Positions 41,126 through 54,104 of a stretch of DNA of 64,000 nt are shown here, one piece after another. The notes below the pieces were generated by a model. The model was not told where the DNA came from and did no database searches. It was given only the letters and a program-made list of their open reading frames with translations. This DNA comes from Octopus vulgaris (taxonomy: Eukaryota), in NCBI GenBank assembly GCA_951406725.2, contig OX597823.1:85994001-86058000 (forward strand), given 5' to 3'. Numbering within the stretch: position 1 is the first letter of the stretch; each line of letters begins with the position of its first letter. The translations under genes and the position numbers were made by a program.

Positions 41126-41929
41126 TTATCTAACTTACCCCGTTAAACCGATGTTGCCTGAACAGGTGTACAGTGTACCACCACATGTCTGTAGTCGAAG
41201 TGATCGCAAAGTAACATGGTCCACGAATTAAAACCACTATCTCACGTTCGGGAGTGAAACACTCTTACCTTTAGGCCATGCGATCTCACAACAACAACAA
41301 TAATCACTCAACAAAAAACAACAAAAAACAGCTGAAACAACCCTGGTAATTGACTTGTCAGCAGTGGTATATGCAACTTTACTTTATTATAGAATGCCAG
41401 AGATGAGTTTAGCGTACCGTAGGTCGTTGTTATATCAGCCATTACGCATTGCCCGTTTACAAAACGAGGCTCAATCACGGCACGCAGCGAGACAATTGGC
41501 TATTTGGATTCAAAGTTGTGTAACTCAGAATATTTCCAAGTTCACACACGAGTTTTAACTCAACGCTACAACTTAACAAAACCTATTTAACACAAAACTC
41601 TATTGAGATGTTAAGAGCAATGAATTGAATCTAACTTCAGTGTTGCTTAACTTCAGTTCGATGGACACGTTCTGTAAAAGGTATTTTGACGGCAGAAAAA
41701 AACCCGTCGACTGTGTATTATGAAAACTATGAATCAAGATGGCGAGCTGGCAGAACCGTCGAACCGTCGGGAAAAAGGACTTTAGGGATTTACTGTATTT
41801 TATATTATGAACCCAAAACCTGCTAAAGTCAACTTTGCATTTTGTGCGTACCAGCTTGAATGGCATTGACTTATACCAATTCCACCAAAAGTTGTTGATC
41901 TCGTACCTAAATCAGAAAGATTTAAGCTG

Positions 41930-42050
41930 TAGTGCAAATGTACAAAAATACAAGACAGAGACAGGTGCGGGAACAACAAACAAGGTGTTTTAGTTTTGAC
42001 GTTTCGAATTTACGCTCTTCCACAGAACGGAATGAAAAAAAAAACACGGT
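41930..42050 (-). mobile_element. Family D repeat with a hammerhead motif (41994-42028)
   Basis: Minus strand: tt-CTGTGGA-a-gagc-gtaa-attc-GAAAC-GTC-aa. Confidence 0.6.
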
Positions 42051-42354
42051 TTCACATGTTGAATGGTCAGTTAGCAGAGTAGTTAGAACGTCAAACAAAA
42101 TGCTTTGCGGCTTTTGTTTTGGATTTTCACGTTCTGAGTTTAAATGCTGTTGAGGTCATCTTTGTCTGTTTTCCTTCCCGGGTGGGCGAAAGGGATTATC
42201 GGTCATACACTATGAACGATTGAATCGGCTAACCTTAGCCCTCAAAAGCTATAAGTCTTCTGTCTAATTCCAAAACTATAACAATTAATAGAACTGTTAG
42301 GCCATCAATTCAAGATTTTTCCTTTTGAAATTTTCTTTTTTCTTTTTTTACATA

Positions 42355-42609
42355 GGAGATGGTGTGACTGTGTGATAAGAAAATTACTTTCCAACCACGT
42401 GATACTGGTTTCATCCAACTGCGTGTCACTTTCAACAAGAGATAGATAGATAGATACATATATATGACGAGCTTCTTTTAGTTTCCGGTTTCTAAATCCA
42501 CTTACAAGTCTTTGGTCGGCCCAAGACTATAGAAGAATACACTTGCCCAAGGTGTCACGCAGTAGGACTGAACCCGGGATTATGTAGTTGGGGAGCAAAC
42601 TTCTTACCA

Positions 42610-42646
<37 letters not shown>

Positions 42647-42860
42647 GCGTATGTGTGTGTTTGTCCCCCCGCTACTGCTCAGCAACTAATGTTGGTGTGT
42701 TTATGTCTTTGTAATCTAGCAGATCAGTAAAATGGAACGATGGAATAATTACTAGTCTTCAAAGATCATGAGTGCCAAGGTCGATTTTTCAACAAAATTC
42801 TTCAATGCGGTGCCCTAGTTTGGCCGCAGTCTAATGACTAAAACAAGTAAAGGGTAAAAG
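42355..42860. mobile_element. Rearranged SINE A pieces (+ head, - head, + tail)
   Basis: Three family A segments in mixed orientation around microsatellites. Confidence 0.7.
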
Positions 42861-44105
42861 ATGGCATTGCTAAAGAAGAAAGGGCGATAACTGTGATGCT
42901 TATCCAGAATTTCTGCGAGTCGAAAGACGGAGAAAACCATTGTATAATCCAAACATCTGCAACAGAATGGATTCTGCTAGGAGCAACGAAGGGCCAAGTG
43001 AACACACAACAACCATAAACATTTGCTCCGACTTTTCTCTATGCAATTACTATATATGCAATTTCTCTCACGAACATTTCGCAGATCCGAGCGTATGGTA
43101 CATGTAATTTTCCTATAGTGCTGCTTAGCAGGATTGAAACCAAAATCCAAGAATTACAAAGCAATCTCCTCAGCCACACAACCATACCTATACCAATGCT
43201 GGTTAATACATACGTAATTAATTTTTTAACAAAGCCAACAAAAATGAATTGTTCCATACATGTGAGCTCTTAAATTATTTTTCTCTTAGTCTTGCATTCA
43301 ATTCCTTTATTCACGTATTTTTTTGTTTCCGATAATATATATTTTTTCTGTTATCAATATTGATAACAAAAATTGTATTATATACTTTTCTCCTATCCTT
43401 ATTGATTAAGCATTAATGTTAATCCTCGCTTAATCTCTAAGAACGAGTAATTAATAATGTAATTCTTATGCATTAGTTAAGTAGAAATCTCGGAGAGTTC
43501 GGCTTGGAGCTAATAAGTGTACCATTCATTCTAACATTGGAAATTTATCTACATGTCTCGTTTTTCTTTATATATTTTTTAGCTAGGAACAATAAGTATA
43601 ACAAATAAAGCATGTATTAATAATAGTGGCGCGGGAGAAGAGCAACAACGGACACTAAATGTAAAAATAGAGAAATGAAAACGAAGTATACAATAGAAAA
43701 CAATACCGTGTAACTTTAATATTCATATATAAAAAGATATTTAATGATGAACATACTGATAGACAGACCGACACTGAGTCGTTTTTGTAGTTATTAGCCT
43801 GCACACACATACAAACACACGTATATCTGTATGTATGTATGTATGTATGTATGTATGTATGTATGTATGTATGTGTGTGTGTATTACGTTCGTGCATGTG
43901 TATATATATATGTATATACGGAGCGAGCGCGAATGAGATAAAGAAGGTGAGGGAGAGAAGAAGAGGGGAAAGATACTTGAGGAAGCAAGTTGCTTTTTGT
44001 GGTGTGTGTAGAGTGGCGTAGTTAGAAGTTCCTTTCACATTCACGTGTCCCCAGTTTCGATCCGACAATACAGAGACTGAAATGAAGATTATATATTTCT
44101 GCTTG

Positions 44106-44160
<55 letters not shown>

Positions 44161-44984
44161 ATGTGTGTGTGTGTGTTGTGTGTGTGTTGTGTTGTGTGTG
44201 TGTTTGTGTGTGTGTGTGTGTATGTGTGTGTGTGCTTGTATCAGATTGACTTCAATCAAATTACATAAGAAAGGCATTTAGCCATCAAAACATTCCATCA
44301 TATTCTATAGCCTTTTGCCCTCGCTGTGTCAAAAGCTCATTTCCATGCATACACCATTTGGCTGGTTTAGAGGCAAAATTCTCCCTACACCCATTTTCAA
44401 CATCCTCTATATTTTTTAACCAATATATATATATATTTGTCATGTTACCTCACAATACCCCTGATTTTATATTTATTTAACCACTTGTCATCCGTGGGAT
44501 TACGGCCGTTTCGTAACGCTCATTATGTAATATTATTAATTTTTTTTGTATATTTACAAATCAGTGCAGATACAGAAGGCTAGCTAATCAGATCACCAGA
44601 ACATCATGTATATAACAATGCTGCATACAATAATTTCTTTTTTTACACATTCAATGTATAGAAGATAAACCTAAACAATAAATATTTTTTTTTCATATCT
44701 GTTAAGGTGCTAGATCTAACTTCAGGGAATTGACCAGCCTTAATGTTAACAAAAGACAAGAAGGAATAGGAATGGAAATAGAGTAGTAACAGTAAATAAA
44801 AAGAATTGAAAGTCTATAAAATTACATATAAAAAATATAATATAAAATGAATTCAATCGGAACAGACAGTTGGAGATATAAAGATCAAATCAGGAGATAG
44901 TATTGAGCGGTAATAATTTTCGAATAAGGTCAAAAGATCACAGGACCACACATAAAATCCAGTGGATCTTAAGATAATCACATT

Positions 44985-45170
44985 TTCTAAGGTAGAATCG
45001 TTAGTACACCAGGGAAAATGCTTAGCGGGATTTCGTCCGTCCTTGTGTCTGAATCCAAATTCTATGCTTTTTATTCTTTCGGGGTGAATAAATTAAGCAG
45101 CGGTTGTACACTGTGGACAATGTAATCGACCTACCCCTCCCCTAAAAGTGCTGGCCTAGCGCCAAAAATC
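44985..45170 (+). mobile_element. SINE family B, older copy
   Basis: gtagaatcgttag...gaaaatgcttagcgg...ctttcggggtgaataaattaag. Confidence 0.7.
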
Positions 45171-45225
45171 TGAAGCAAATATAATCACGTTTTCTAAGTA
45201 CAACTCAAAATCTCAGTGAACCGTA

Positions 45226-45276
<51 letters not shown>

Positions 45277-45376
45277 TATATATTATTTTACTTTATTTCT
45301 TATTCTATTTAGTTTCAGCTCACGAGCTGTGGCCATGCTGGGGCACCGCCATTTGGTGTTGCTACATGATTTTACT

Positions 45377-48187
45377 TCACGAATGCTTTTTAGCAACTGC
45401 CATTTGGTGCATGAGAGAGTTCGATGCAGCTGCCCTCATCTGCACCTCCTGCCGTGAAGTTGGTTCATCCGGGACACCTGACAGGAAGAGATCCAGTCCT
45501 ACTTTAAAGACATCCGCATCCACCCCATGCAGGTCCCTCAGGTTCTTCGGGAGGATATTGAAGAGCTGTGGACCTCTGAAACCCAGGCTATCACAGTATG
45601 TTGTCCTACATCTTGATGGCAAATTTGGAGTCATTGGCACCACGCAGTGGCGCCCAGTTCTGGCATTTGTGTAACTCTCGATGCCAAAGTTTGGGACAAG
45701 TATTTCCAGGTTCTTCCAGATGTATATTATGGCATATCTTTCTCGCCTACGCTCCAAGGAATAGAGTTTTAATCTCTTGAGTCTTTCCCAGTAGCTTATA
45801 TGCTGCACAGAGGCTATCTTCTTCGTGTAGCTTCGTTCGATCGCCTCAAGTTCTATGATCAACTTGACACTGGATGGTGACCATAGCTGAGAGCAATAGT
45901 CAAAGTGGCTTAGGACAAGTGTCCTCCAGAGGACCATCATGGTTTCTTGGTCTCTTGTTCTAAAGGTTCTAAGAATCCATCCGGCCAGCCGTCTACATTT
46001 CATTGCCAATTTAGCAACATGTACATGAAAGGTTGCGTCATCACTCATGTAAATACGCAGGTCACGCACTGATTGTGCTTCTGGGATTGCAATCCCTCCG
46101 TGTCCAGTGTATTCATTGGGTATTGCATTTAGTTTTGCATGCTGATAGCATAAAGCTTGAAACTTTTCAGCATTGAACTGCATACTATTCTTTTCAGCCC
46201 ACTTGTATATTTTGTCCAGCTCACATTGCAGGTGCTTAGTGTCTTCAGGGTTCTGTATTGCCTGTGAAACCTTTGTATCATCTGCATAACTTGTGATCGT
46301 GGCTCTCTGCGTGGCTGAGGGCATGTCTGAGAGGGCCATTATGAACAGTAGTGGTCCCAAAACATTGCCCTGCGGAACACTGCTCACCATTTGCGTGTTA
46401 ATGGAAGTTGTCCCATTGGCTACTACCACCTGACTTCTATCCTTCAGAAAGTCATGAAGCCATTCTCCCAATTTTCAAACTATGCCAAGATCACGCAGTT
46501 TGTGATATATCATTCCATGATCGACTTTATCAAAAGCCTTTGCAAAGTCGAGATATATCCCTTCCACATTTGAGTGGTTGAGCAGTCGTTTCAGCACCCA
46601 GTCATAGTGTTGTAGGAGCTGAGTTAAGCAGCTTCTTCCTGGTCGGAAACCATGTTGGGTGTCAGGCAGCAAGTCATTTTCTTCAAGGAAGGTGATTAGT
46701 TTCCTTCTGACTATTCGTTCCATGACCTTGTTGATGTGTGAGGTTAGAGAGATAGGTCTGTAGTTCTTGGCCTCCGCTCTGCTACCTCCTTTATGAATAG
46801 GGCTTATTTTACCTTTCTTCAGTTTTCTTGGATGTTTGCCCGTTGCAAGGAAGCTCTGAAAGAGGAACTGCAGTGGTCTTGCTAGGACTCTCTTACATAC
46901 TTTTAGAAGAATTGCCGGGAATCCATCGGGGCCAGTAGCTGAGTTTGTTTTCATTTCATCTATAGCCTTTATTACATCGTCTTCCTTTATATTGATGTAG
47001 GCAATCATCGCTGCCTCTGATTTTATATCTGCAAGTGGTAAAGAAGTCAGTTGGATTGCTGATTTGTTTAGGCGATTTGAAACTTTTGTACGCCGTCTCA
47101 TTAGAATTTTCCTCTCTCTGGGGATTTTGTTCTTGTGTACAGTGGCCTTTCTCTCTGGGACACATTTGTAGCATATGGCTTGCATTACAGACATGAATTG
47201 TTGAAGTTTCATGTCGATGTCTGGCGAGGAGAGACATTCAGGCCAGTTTTGTTTGAGGATGTCTTTCTCAATTTGTTTCCAGTTTGCCTTATGGAAGTTG
47301 AAGGTGGAAAGATTCTGAGAGTTTCTTGTAGGCTGCATGTCCATGCTTTCCTTTGTCCCGTACATGGTCAGCTCTACCATGTTGTGATCCGAGAGTAGTG
47401 TCGGTGTCACTTTCATATTATGCATGAGATCCATATTATTTGTGAAGCAGAGATCCAGTATGTTACCTGCCCTGGTTGGTTGGAGTATTACTTGCTCCAT
47501 GTACAGAGTGTTGATGAGGTTTAGGAGGGACATCGCCTGTCCTCGTCCACATCGTGTCATTCCTGGGAGAGAAAGACCCTCGGGCCATCTGACATTGGGT
47601 AGATTGAAGTCTCCCATAAGAAGTACACTTATGTGTTGTTCTAATGTGGCTAGAACTTCTTCTATTTTTATAAGGCAGTCTTCAAACTTGCCTACATGGC
47701 TTGGGGCATCTGGAGGACGATATGCAGCACACACAACTACACCAAGTTACCTTATATGTACAATTAGTGTGTCACACACCGAGTTTGAGTATGACAAAAG
47801 GACCTGGGGTGTGAGGTCCTCACGGATGTACATAGCAACTCCTCCATGACTCCTTTCTTTTCTGTCGGTCCGTAGTACAACATACTGTGGTATGTGTAAT
47901 TCCGCATCTGTTATGTCCGGTTTCAGGTGTGTTTCCGTAAGTGCTATGCATAAGGCTTGATTGCATGCAACAAAGTCTCTCAAGAACGGGGGTTTTGTCC
48001 TGTTACTGAGTGTTAGCAGTCCTCTGATGTTCAGTAGGAGCATCGAGGTGAGGTGTATGCTGTTGCCGGCGGTGTCCACCTTGGGTCTATTTGCTGTGGT
48101 GGTCTTGTGTATTGTGGATAGTCCCATCTGCGAGTTTGAGTTTGATGGAGCCAGGTTAGCTGCTGTACAATCTTTTGTGCCATGCAC
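45377..48187 (-). pseudogene. LINE ORF2 (APE endonuclease + reverse transcriptase) with two in-frame stops and an apparent internal deletion
   Basis: EN motifs NIRGL, TETHL, YRPP, GDFN, SDH. RT motifs YRPISL, QHGF, DFAKAFD, PQG, YADD. CR1-like C-terminus YWERLKRLKLYSLERRRERY. Stops at 47747-47749 and 46475-46477. The EN-RT linker looks shortened near 47060. Confidence 0.93.
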
Positions 48188-48969
48188 AAAAAATATTCTT
48201 GTTCAGCAGCTGCCCTTTCAATAACATGTTGGCGGTTTGTAGGACGCACCACATCTGCGTACCTCCGTTTTGGGGCAGGTGGTGCGTGGTCCATCCCTTT
48301 TCCTTTTGGTAGTTGGTTTCTGACCTGTTTCGTGTTTCTGCATCAGGGTCCCCGATGTGCAAAACGGCAGCCTGCACCTTCCTCTCCAAGCCAGCAGACG
48401 CCTCTCAGGTAGAACCTACACACCCTTGTGCGTTGTCTGTTTCCATCCTTTTTGGTACATGGATAGTCAGGTTTGCTTCTATCCTTGGCTGTTTTATTTT
48501 TTGGTTTTGTTTGAGTTTTAGTTTTTCCTTCTTTGACAGTTTCATCTTTTGTTTTTATTTTAGTTTTTCCTCCTTTTATTTCTTTTTTGGCTCTTTCATC
48601 TCCATGGATTTTGGTGCTGGTAGGAGCACTTGCACTTGGGTTTACTTCCCGGGCAGGTTTCTCACTTGAATCTTCTTCCTTGGTGTCTACCAAGTGGGGG
48701 TGACTTCTTTCATCAGCACCCGCGTCTCCATCCTTGCCATCTTTACTTTGTTCGTTTTCAAAGATGGCATCAAGCGTGCCAATGTGAGATCTTATGAGTG
48801 CTTAGGAGCGTATAAACTCCTGCTTCTTTCGCTCTATCTGAGCTATTGTCCTTTTATATCCACTGCTCTTCAGCGCAGCTGTAATTATGTTGTTCAGATA
48901 ATCTCCGTCGGCGCATTGCCAGGCTCTCTGGAACAACGCCAATTCGTTACTTCTCCAGGTTCTGGACAT
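48031..48969 (-). pseudogene. LINE ORF1 (about 313 codons, two in-frame stops): Myb/SANT-like N-terminus plus CCCH zinc finger
   Basis: ATG at 48969 gives MSRTWRSNELALFQRAWQ...AALKSSGYKRTIAQIERKKQEF, in frame with track ORFs 48343-48693 (CRFYLRGVCWLGEEGAGCRFAH) and 48031-48294. Stops at 48802-48804 and 48343-48345. Confidence 0.75.
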
Positions 48970-49223
48970 TTTGGATATTTTATTTATTCATCTATCTAAT
49001 TATATTTAAAATTTGATAGTGTGATAGAGGGTAGAGAAGAAACACAGAAAGAAAGTGACTATGTATTTAGAGAGATTGAGAGTTGAGAGAAGATAAGAAG
49101 AGAGTAAGAGAGGAAAAGGAGGAAAGTTTGCGACTATATATTTAGAAAAATTCTGAAACAGAGACCGAAAGATTATTAAAGAATGTAAACTAAACTAATT
49201 GCGACTATACTTCTAATGTTCGC

Positions 49224-49297
<74 letters not shown>

Positions 49298-49843
49298 TAG
49301 GTAGAAGAAAGTGAGGAAAAGAAGGAGTTATTTAATTCTAAACTAATTACGGGAAGATAAACATATGAAAGCGAAACAGAAATTGAAAGAAAGTTATTCT
49401 CAGAATATAAACAAAGATGACGTCGTAAATCGTAACGGAGATGTTAGCTTACATTAAAGAAAAATAAAAAATAAAAAATAAAATATGAAAACGATACTTA
49501 TCATAAAAGGTACAGTCCAAACCCTCGTGCTTGTACGAATAAGTTTTCCTTCACAACAGAAGAGAAAACACTTCTTTTTCTTTCTTACTTTTGGCTGGAG
49601 ATAAATTAAAGACTTGCCACCGCGTGCTTTTTCGGTGAAGATTCTAGCATGCGTAACTAACTTTACTGTATTATATTTGGCTTCAAGCAAAATATAATAT
49701 GTTTTTGATTAATATATTTTTAATTAATGTATTTTAGTAGACTTTGTGAGTTAACAAGTTCTACGTTTTGTTACTTTTAGTAGATTATTTCGTCGATTTA
49801 TGCAAACCTTTTTGTTTTTTCACAGAGCAAAAGCAAACGCGTC

Positions 49844-49993
<150 letters not shown>

Positions 49994-50033
49994 AAGTCAA
50001 GATAGAGAATGCTAAAATAATTTTATAAAGAAC

Positions 50034-50077
50034 ATTTCAGTACCGGTTTCAGTTATTGAGACTTTTTCAACTGTAAC
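50034..50077 (-). ncRNA. Type I hammerhead relic
   Basis: Minus strand: gttacag-TTGAAAA-agt..act-GAAAC-cg-GTA-ctgaaat, with palindromic ACCGGT. The core has decayed from CTGAAGA. Confidence 0.5.
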
Positions 50078-51052
50078 AATTAAATAAATAAATTTAGAAA
50101 AATTAAAAGAAATGTTTTTTTAAAAGAATATTTGTGTAGTGTTCAAATACAAATGGCATTTTCGTAGTTTCTGCCTTTCTCTGTCTCTCATGTTTACTCT
50201 TGTGGGTTCGAGGTCATTGTGAATTCTAAGCAGGGAAGAAGAAGAAGGAGGAGGAGGAGAAGGGGAAGCAGAAGACGAAGAATTTGGGAGTGCCATGATA
50301 GTAGTATTTCGAATGGTCATTGGGGGCAAGCAGTTGCTGTTCAATTCATGAAAATATTTCTTTTGAATGTTTTCTTTATAGAATTTGCGTATGTATTATA
50401 CTAAAAGTTAGGAAGGAGAAAGAAGGAGAAGGGGGAGAATGTCTATGTGTGTGTGTGTGTGTGTGCATCTTTATCTAGATATCTATGCATGGTAGCAATT
50501 GGTACCAAGTCCGAGGGAGAATTAATCTGAAAAATCAAAAATTCGTCTGAAATTGGCATGATAATAAAGACATGAACGATTATCTGGAGACAAGAGGAAA
50601 ACTGTGAAAAGTGTTTCTGCCTGAATAGGCGTCATCAGAGCAGCAATTGCTCCCACCTTATATTCAGCAAATGGGGCAGTAAGACACATACAAGAAAGAA
50701 CTGACAACATTTTTGGTCTTTTACCAACATGAAGAATTTCTCTTGTATGCAGTTTGACGTGAACTTATTCGTTCCAAATGCATGTCACTATCCACCAAGC
50801 GATTGCTGTACCCTCCCTTAAATTTTATAAATGAAGAACTCAACTTCTATTTTATGTAGTATACATTTATTCCTTGCTTCTCTTGAAATATTCTCCACTG
50901 GACACTCATATTTATTTGTTTCCCCTCATTTCTGACCATTTATAAAATTGATGTAATCGTAGGGGCTGTTATAGAGTACTTGCCAAATTATTTACGGGTA
51001 TCAGTGCGCTGTAAGAAAGTGGTTATACTCGAAATTGAATTGACGATATCCG

Positions 51053-51130
<78 letters not shown>

Positions 51131-51384
51131 CATGTCTGTCTGCTGTCTGCCTATTTAATTAATTAACATGTTGATGTAATCAAAAGGTGGCCTCTCTCGG
51201 TGGTCCCTTGTTTGGCTCAACAGTGCAGCATCTGGGATAAAGTCCTAGGTGTGTGTTTGTGTGTGTATGAGTGTGTGTAGATATATATGTGCGTATTGTA
51301 TGTTCACGCACACATACATATAATTATAGCCATATTTCTCTATATTTAGCTATCTATCTTCATATAAATATACATAAATAACTG

Positions 51385-51390
51385 CTGCCG

Positions 51391-51430
<40 letters not shown>

Positions 51431-51501
51431 AACTATTACTACTACTACTACTACTACTACCACTACTACTACCACTACTACAACAACTACTACTACAACT
51501 A

Positions 51502-51540
<39 letters not shown>

Positions 51541-51543
51541 CTA
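51385..51543. repeat. (ACT)n/(ACG)n trinucleotide repeat
   Basis: Seen directly. Confidence 0.95.
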
Positions 51544-51637
51544 TAAACTACAAATTTGCATACATATGACATATGCTCGAACGCATTTATATTTATATAT
51601 ATGTATGTATGTATATATACGCATATATATATATATG

Positions 51638-51669
<32 letters not shown>

Positions 51670-51677
51670 CATACATA

Positions 51678-51772
<95 letters not shown>

Positions 51773-52422
51773 GTGAGGAGCAATATGTTTCTTTTCATTT
51801 ATCCACCCTGCGAGCAGATTATACTGCTGTATAAAAAAAAATACCTTCTGACAAAGGCAACTATTGTGTTAAAATATGTAATATAGTTGGATCCTTTATG
51901 ACTGGTGTGAAATATAGAGACATGAAAGAAATTCCTTATTTCAGTGAGAGTTCACATTACAGTACAGTACACGTCCTACTCTACCACACGTCTGTAGGTG
52001 AAAGACGTAACCTCTATCCGTCGCACTGTATGTATGTACATATATACTATATGCGCAGAAACACATGTGTGTGCGTGCGTGGTCTTTGATATATGTGTGT
52101 GTGTTTTCTTACAGAATTTATTGTCGCTGTCCGTGGTTTTTCGCCTCACTTGTAGGTTGTTGACCTTCTCTCTCTCTCTCTTAGTCAATTTCTGTCCATT
52201 ACTCAGTTGTTTTCTCTGTAAAACTAGTGAAACCTTAGCAATAGTACCACGAAATTTAATGTCTTTGAATTTTAAATGCGTCAAAACTACCATGAGCTCG
52301 GTCTCTGTGGCCGATGAGAGGCTCTCTGTATTTTTTTGTTTTATTTGTTCGTTGGCAAATAACGAAATACATTCTCATCGATCCAGGCAAAATCGAGTTT
52401 ATTGACTGATGTACCGTTTGAA

Positions 52423-52534
52423 AAGTCACCTGATGAGATACCTATTTGCACCGAAGGATGCACCATATCCAGTTGTCCAGAATCTCACCTGCGAATGACC
52501 GATGCAAGATGGGTCGAAACGATCATTGTGACTT
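52423..52534 (+). ncRNA. Type I hammerhead relic with long stem II
   Basis: AAGTCAC-CTGATGA-[stem II region of about 80 nt]-CGAAACGATCATT-GTGACTT, with a perfect 7-bp stem I. Confidence 0.65.
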
Positions 52535-52587
52535 AAAAGAATCTCGTGAATTTCATTCTCTTTCTCTCATTCATTATATATACGTGT

Positions 52588-52800
52588 AAGGCGGCGAGCT
52601 GGCAGAAGCGTTAGCACGCCGAGCAAAATGTTTAGTGGCATTTCACCCGTATCTACATCTTGAGTTCAAATACCGCTGAGGTCGGCTTTGCCTTTCATCC
52701 TTACGGGGTCGATAAATTAAGTACCAGTTGCGTACTGGAGTCGATCTAATCGACTGGCGCACTTCCCCAAAATTTAAGGCCTTGTGCCTAGAGTAGAAAG
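52588..52800 (+). mobile_element. SINE family B (tail2)
   Basis: Full match. Confidence 0.9.
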
Positions 52801-52949
52801 GATTTATTATATGTGTGTATGTATGTATGTATGTATGTATGTATGTGTGTATGTATGTATGTATGTATAAGACATCAACACGATAGCTACGACTTGAGAG
52901 CAGTTAATCATAATGTCTACGATTATGGATGGGCTTGGTCTAAACAATA

Positions 52950-53547
52950 TTCTTTATTTTTTTAGGCACAAAGCCCGAAATTATAGGGGAGGCGGCCAGT
53001 CGATTAGATCCACCCCAGTACGTAACTGGTACTTAATTTATCAACCCCGAAAGGATGAAAGGCAAAGTCAACTTCGTCGGAATTTGAACTAAGAACGTGA
53101 AGACAGACGAAATACCGCTAAGCAATTTCGCCTGGCGTGCGAACGTTTCTGCCAGTTCGCCGCCTTGGGCTAAACACTATTCTTTCCTTTCCTACTTTAA
53201 GCACAAAGCCCGAAATTTTGAGGGATGGGATAAAAATATGTCAGCACACGGAATTTGTACTCAGAACGTAACGACAAACAAAATATTTCTTTACAACCAA
53301 CAAGGGGCTAAACACAGAGAAGACAAACAAGGACAGACAAACGGATTAAGTGGATTATATTGACCCCAGTGCGTAACTGGTACTAATTTAATCGACCCCA
53401 GTGTTCAACTGGTACTTATTTTATCGACCCCGAAAGGATGAAAGGCAAAGTCGACCTCGGTGGAATTTGAACACAGAACGTAGCGGCAGACGAAATACCG
53501 CTGAGCATTTTGCCCAGTGTGCTAACGTTTCTGTTTGGTCGCCGCCT
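52950..53547 (-). mobile_element. Cluster of SINE family B copies
   Basis: Copies at 52950-53167 and 53180-53547, with repeated flanks ttggg(c/t)taaaca(a/c)tatt. Confidence 0.85.
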
Positions 53548-54104
53548 TGGGTTAAACAATATTTCATCATCAACAACAGCAACAACAACATCAATAAAAT
53601 ACAGTAAACAGATCCACTGTCTGAAGCACTCCGAGTTTAATAACCAGTTTAAAATCCTCTTTAACAGAACTGTGTTAACAATACCAAAGTTTCGGATATG
53701 TTAAATATTTCTTCTCATTTCACTTAACTAAGAAAGTTTTTATATTTTCTGATTTTTTTAGGCATTTTATTTTTGTTCTTGAAATATAAACCTTTTTACA
53801 AGGAAATAAATTGATGTATCACACAATGAGATGTCATATATATTCAATCATGCAATATTCAATAAAATTATATTCGATGTATGTAAATATGTGCATAATT
53901 TGGTTAGAAAACATTTAATATCATACAATATGATTTCGAGCATTAAGTAAATTCATAAATGCGCGCGTGTGGATGCACGTATGTATGTGCGTGTGTTCAC
54001 GTGTGTCTGTATATATGTGCATGTGTATGTGTGTGTATATGTACGTATGTACGTGTTTGTGAGTGTGTGTTAATGCATGTTTTTGCTCGTAAACATTAAT
54101 CTTT

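Larger units (their letters stand above)
45285..49226 (-). mobile_element. Near-full-length inactivated CR1/L2-group LINE inserted in (TA)n
   Basis: 5' UTR, ORF1, ORF2 (APE endonuclease plus RT) and a short 3' tail. (TA)n lies at both ends. Confidence 0.9.

Noticed and set aside
45377-48969. Active LINE or programmed stop read-through
   Set aside because: Four in-frame stops and an apparent linker deletion indicate a dead copy.
50522-50800. Possible exon or transposase fragment
   Set aside because: No recognisable motif or convincing splice context.
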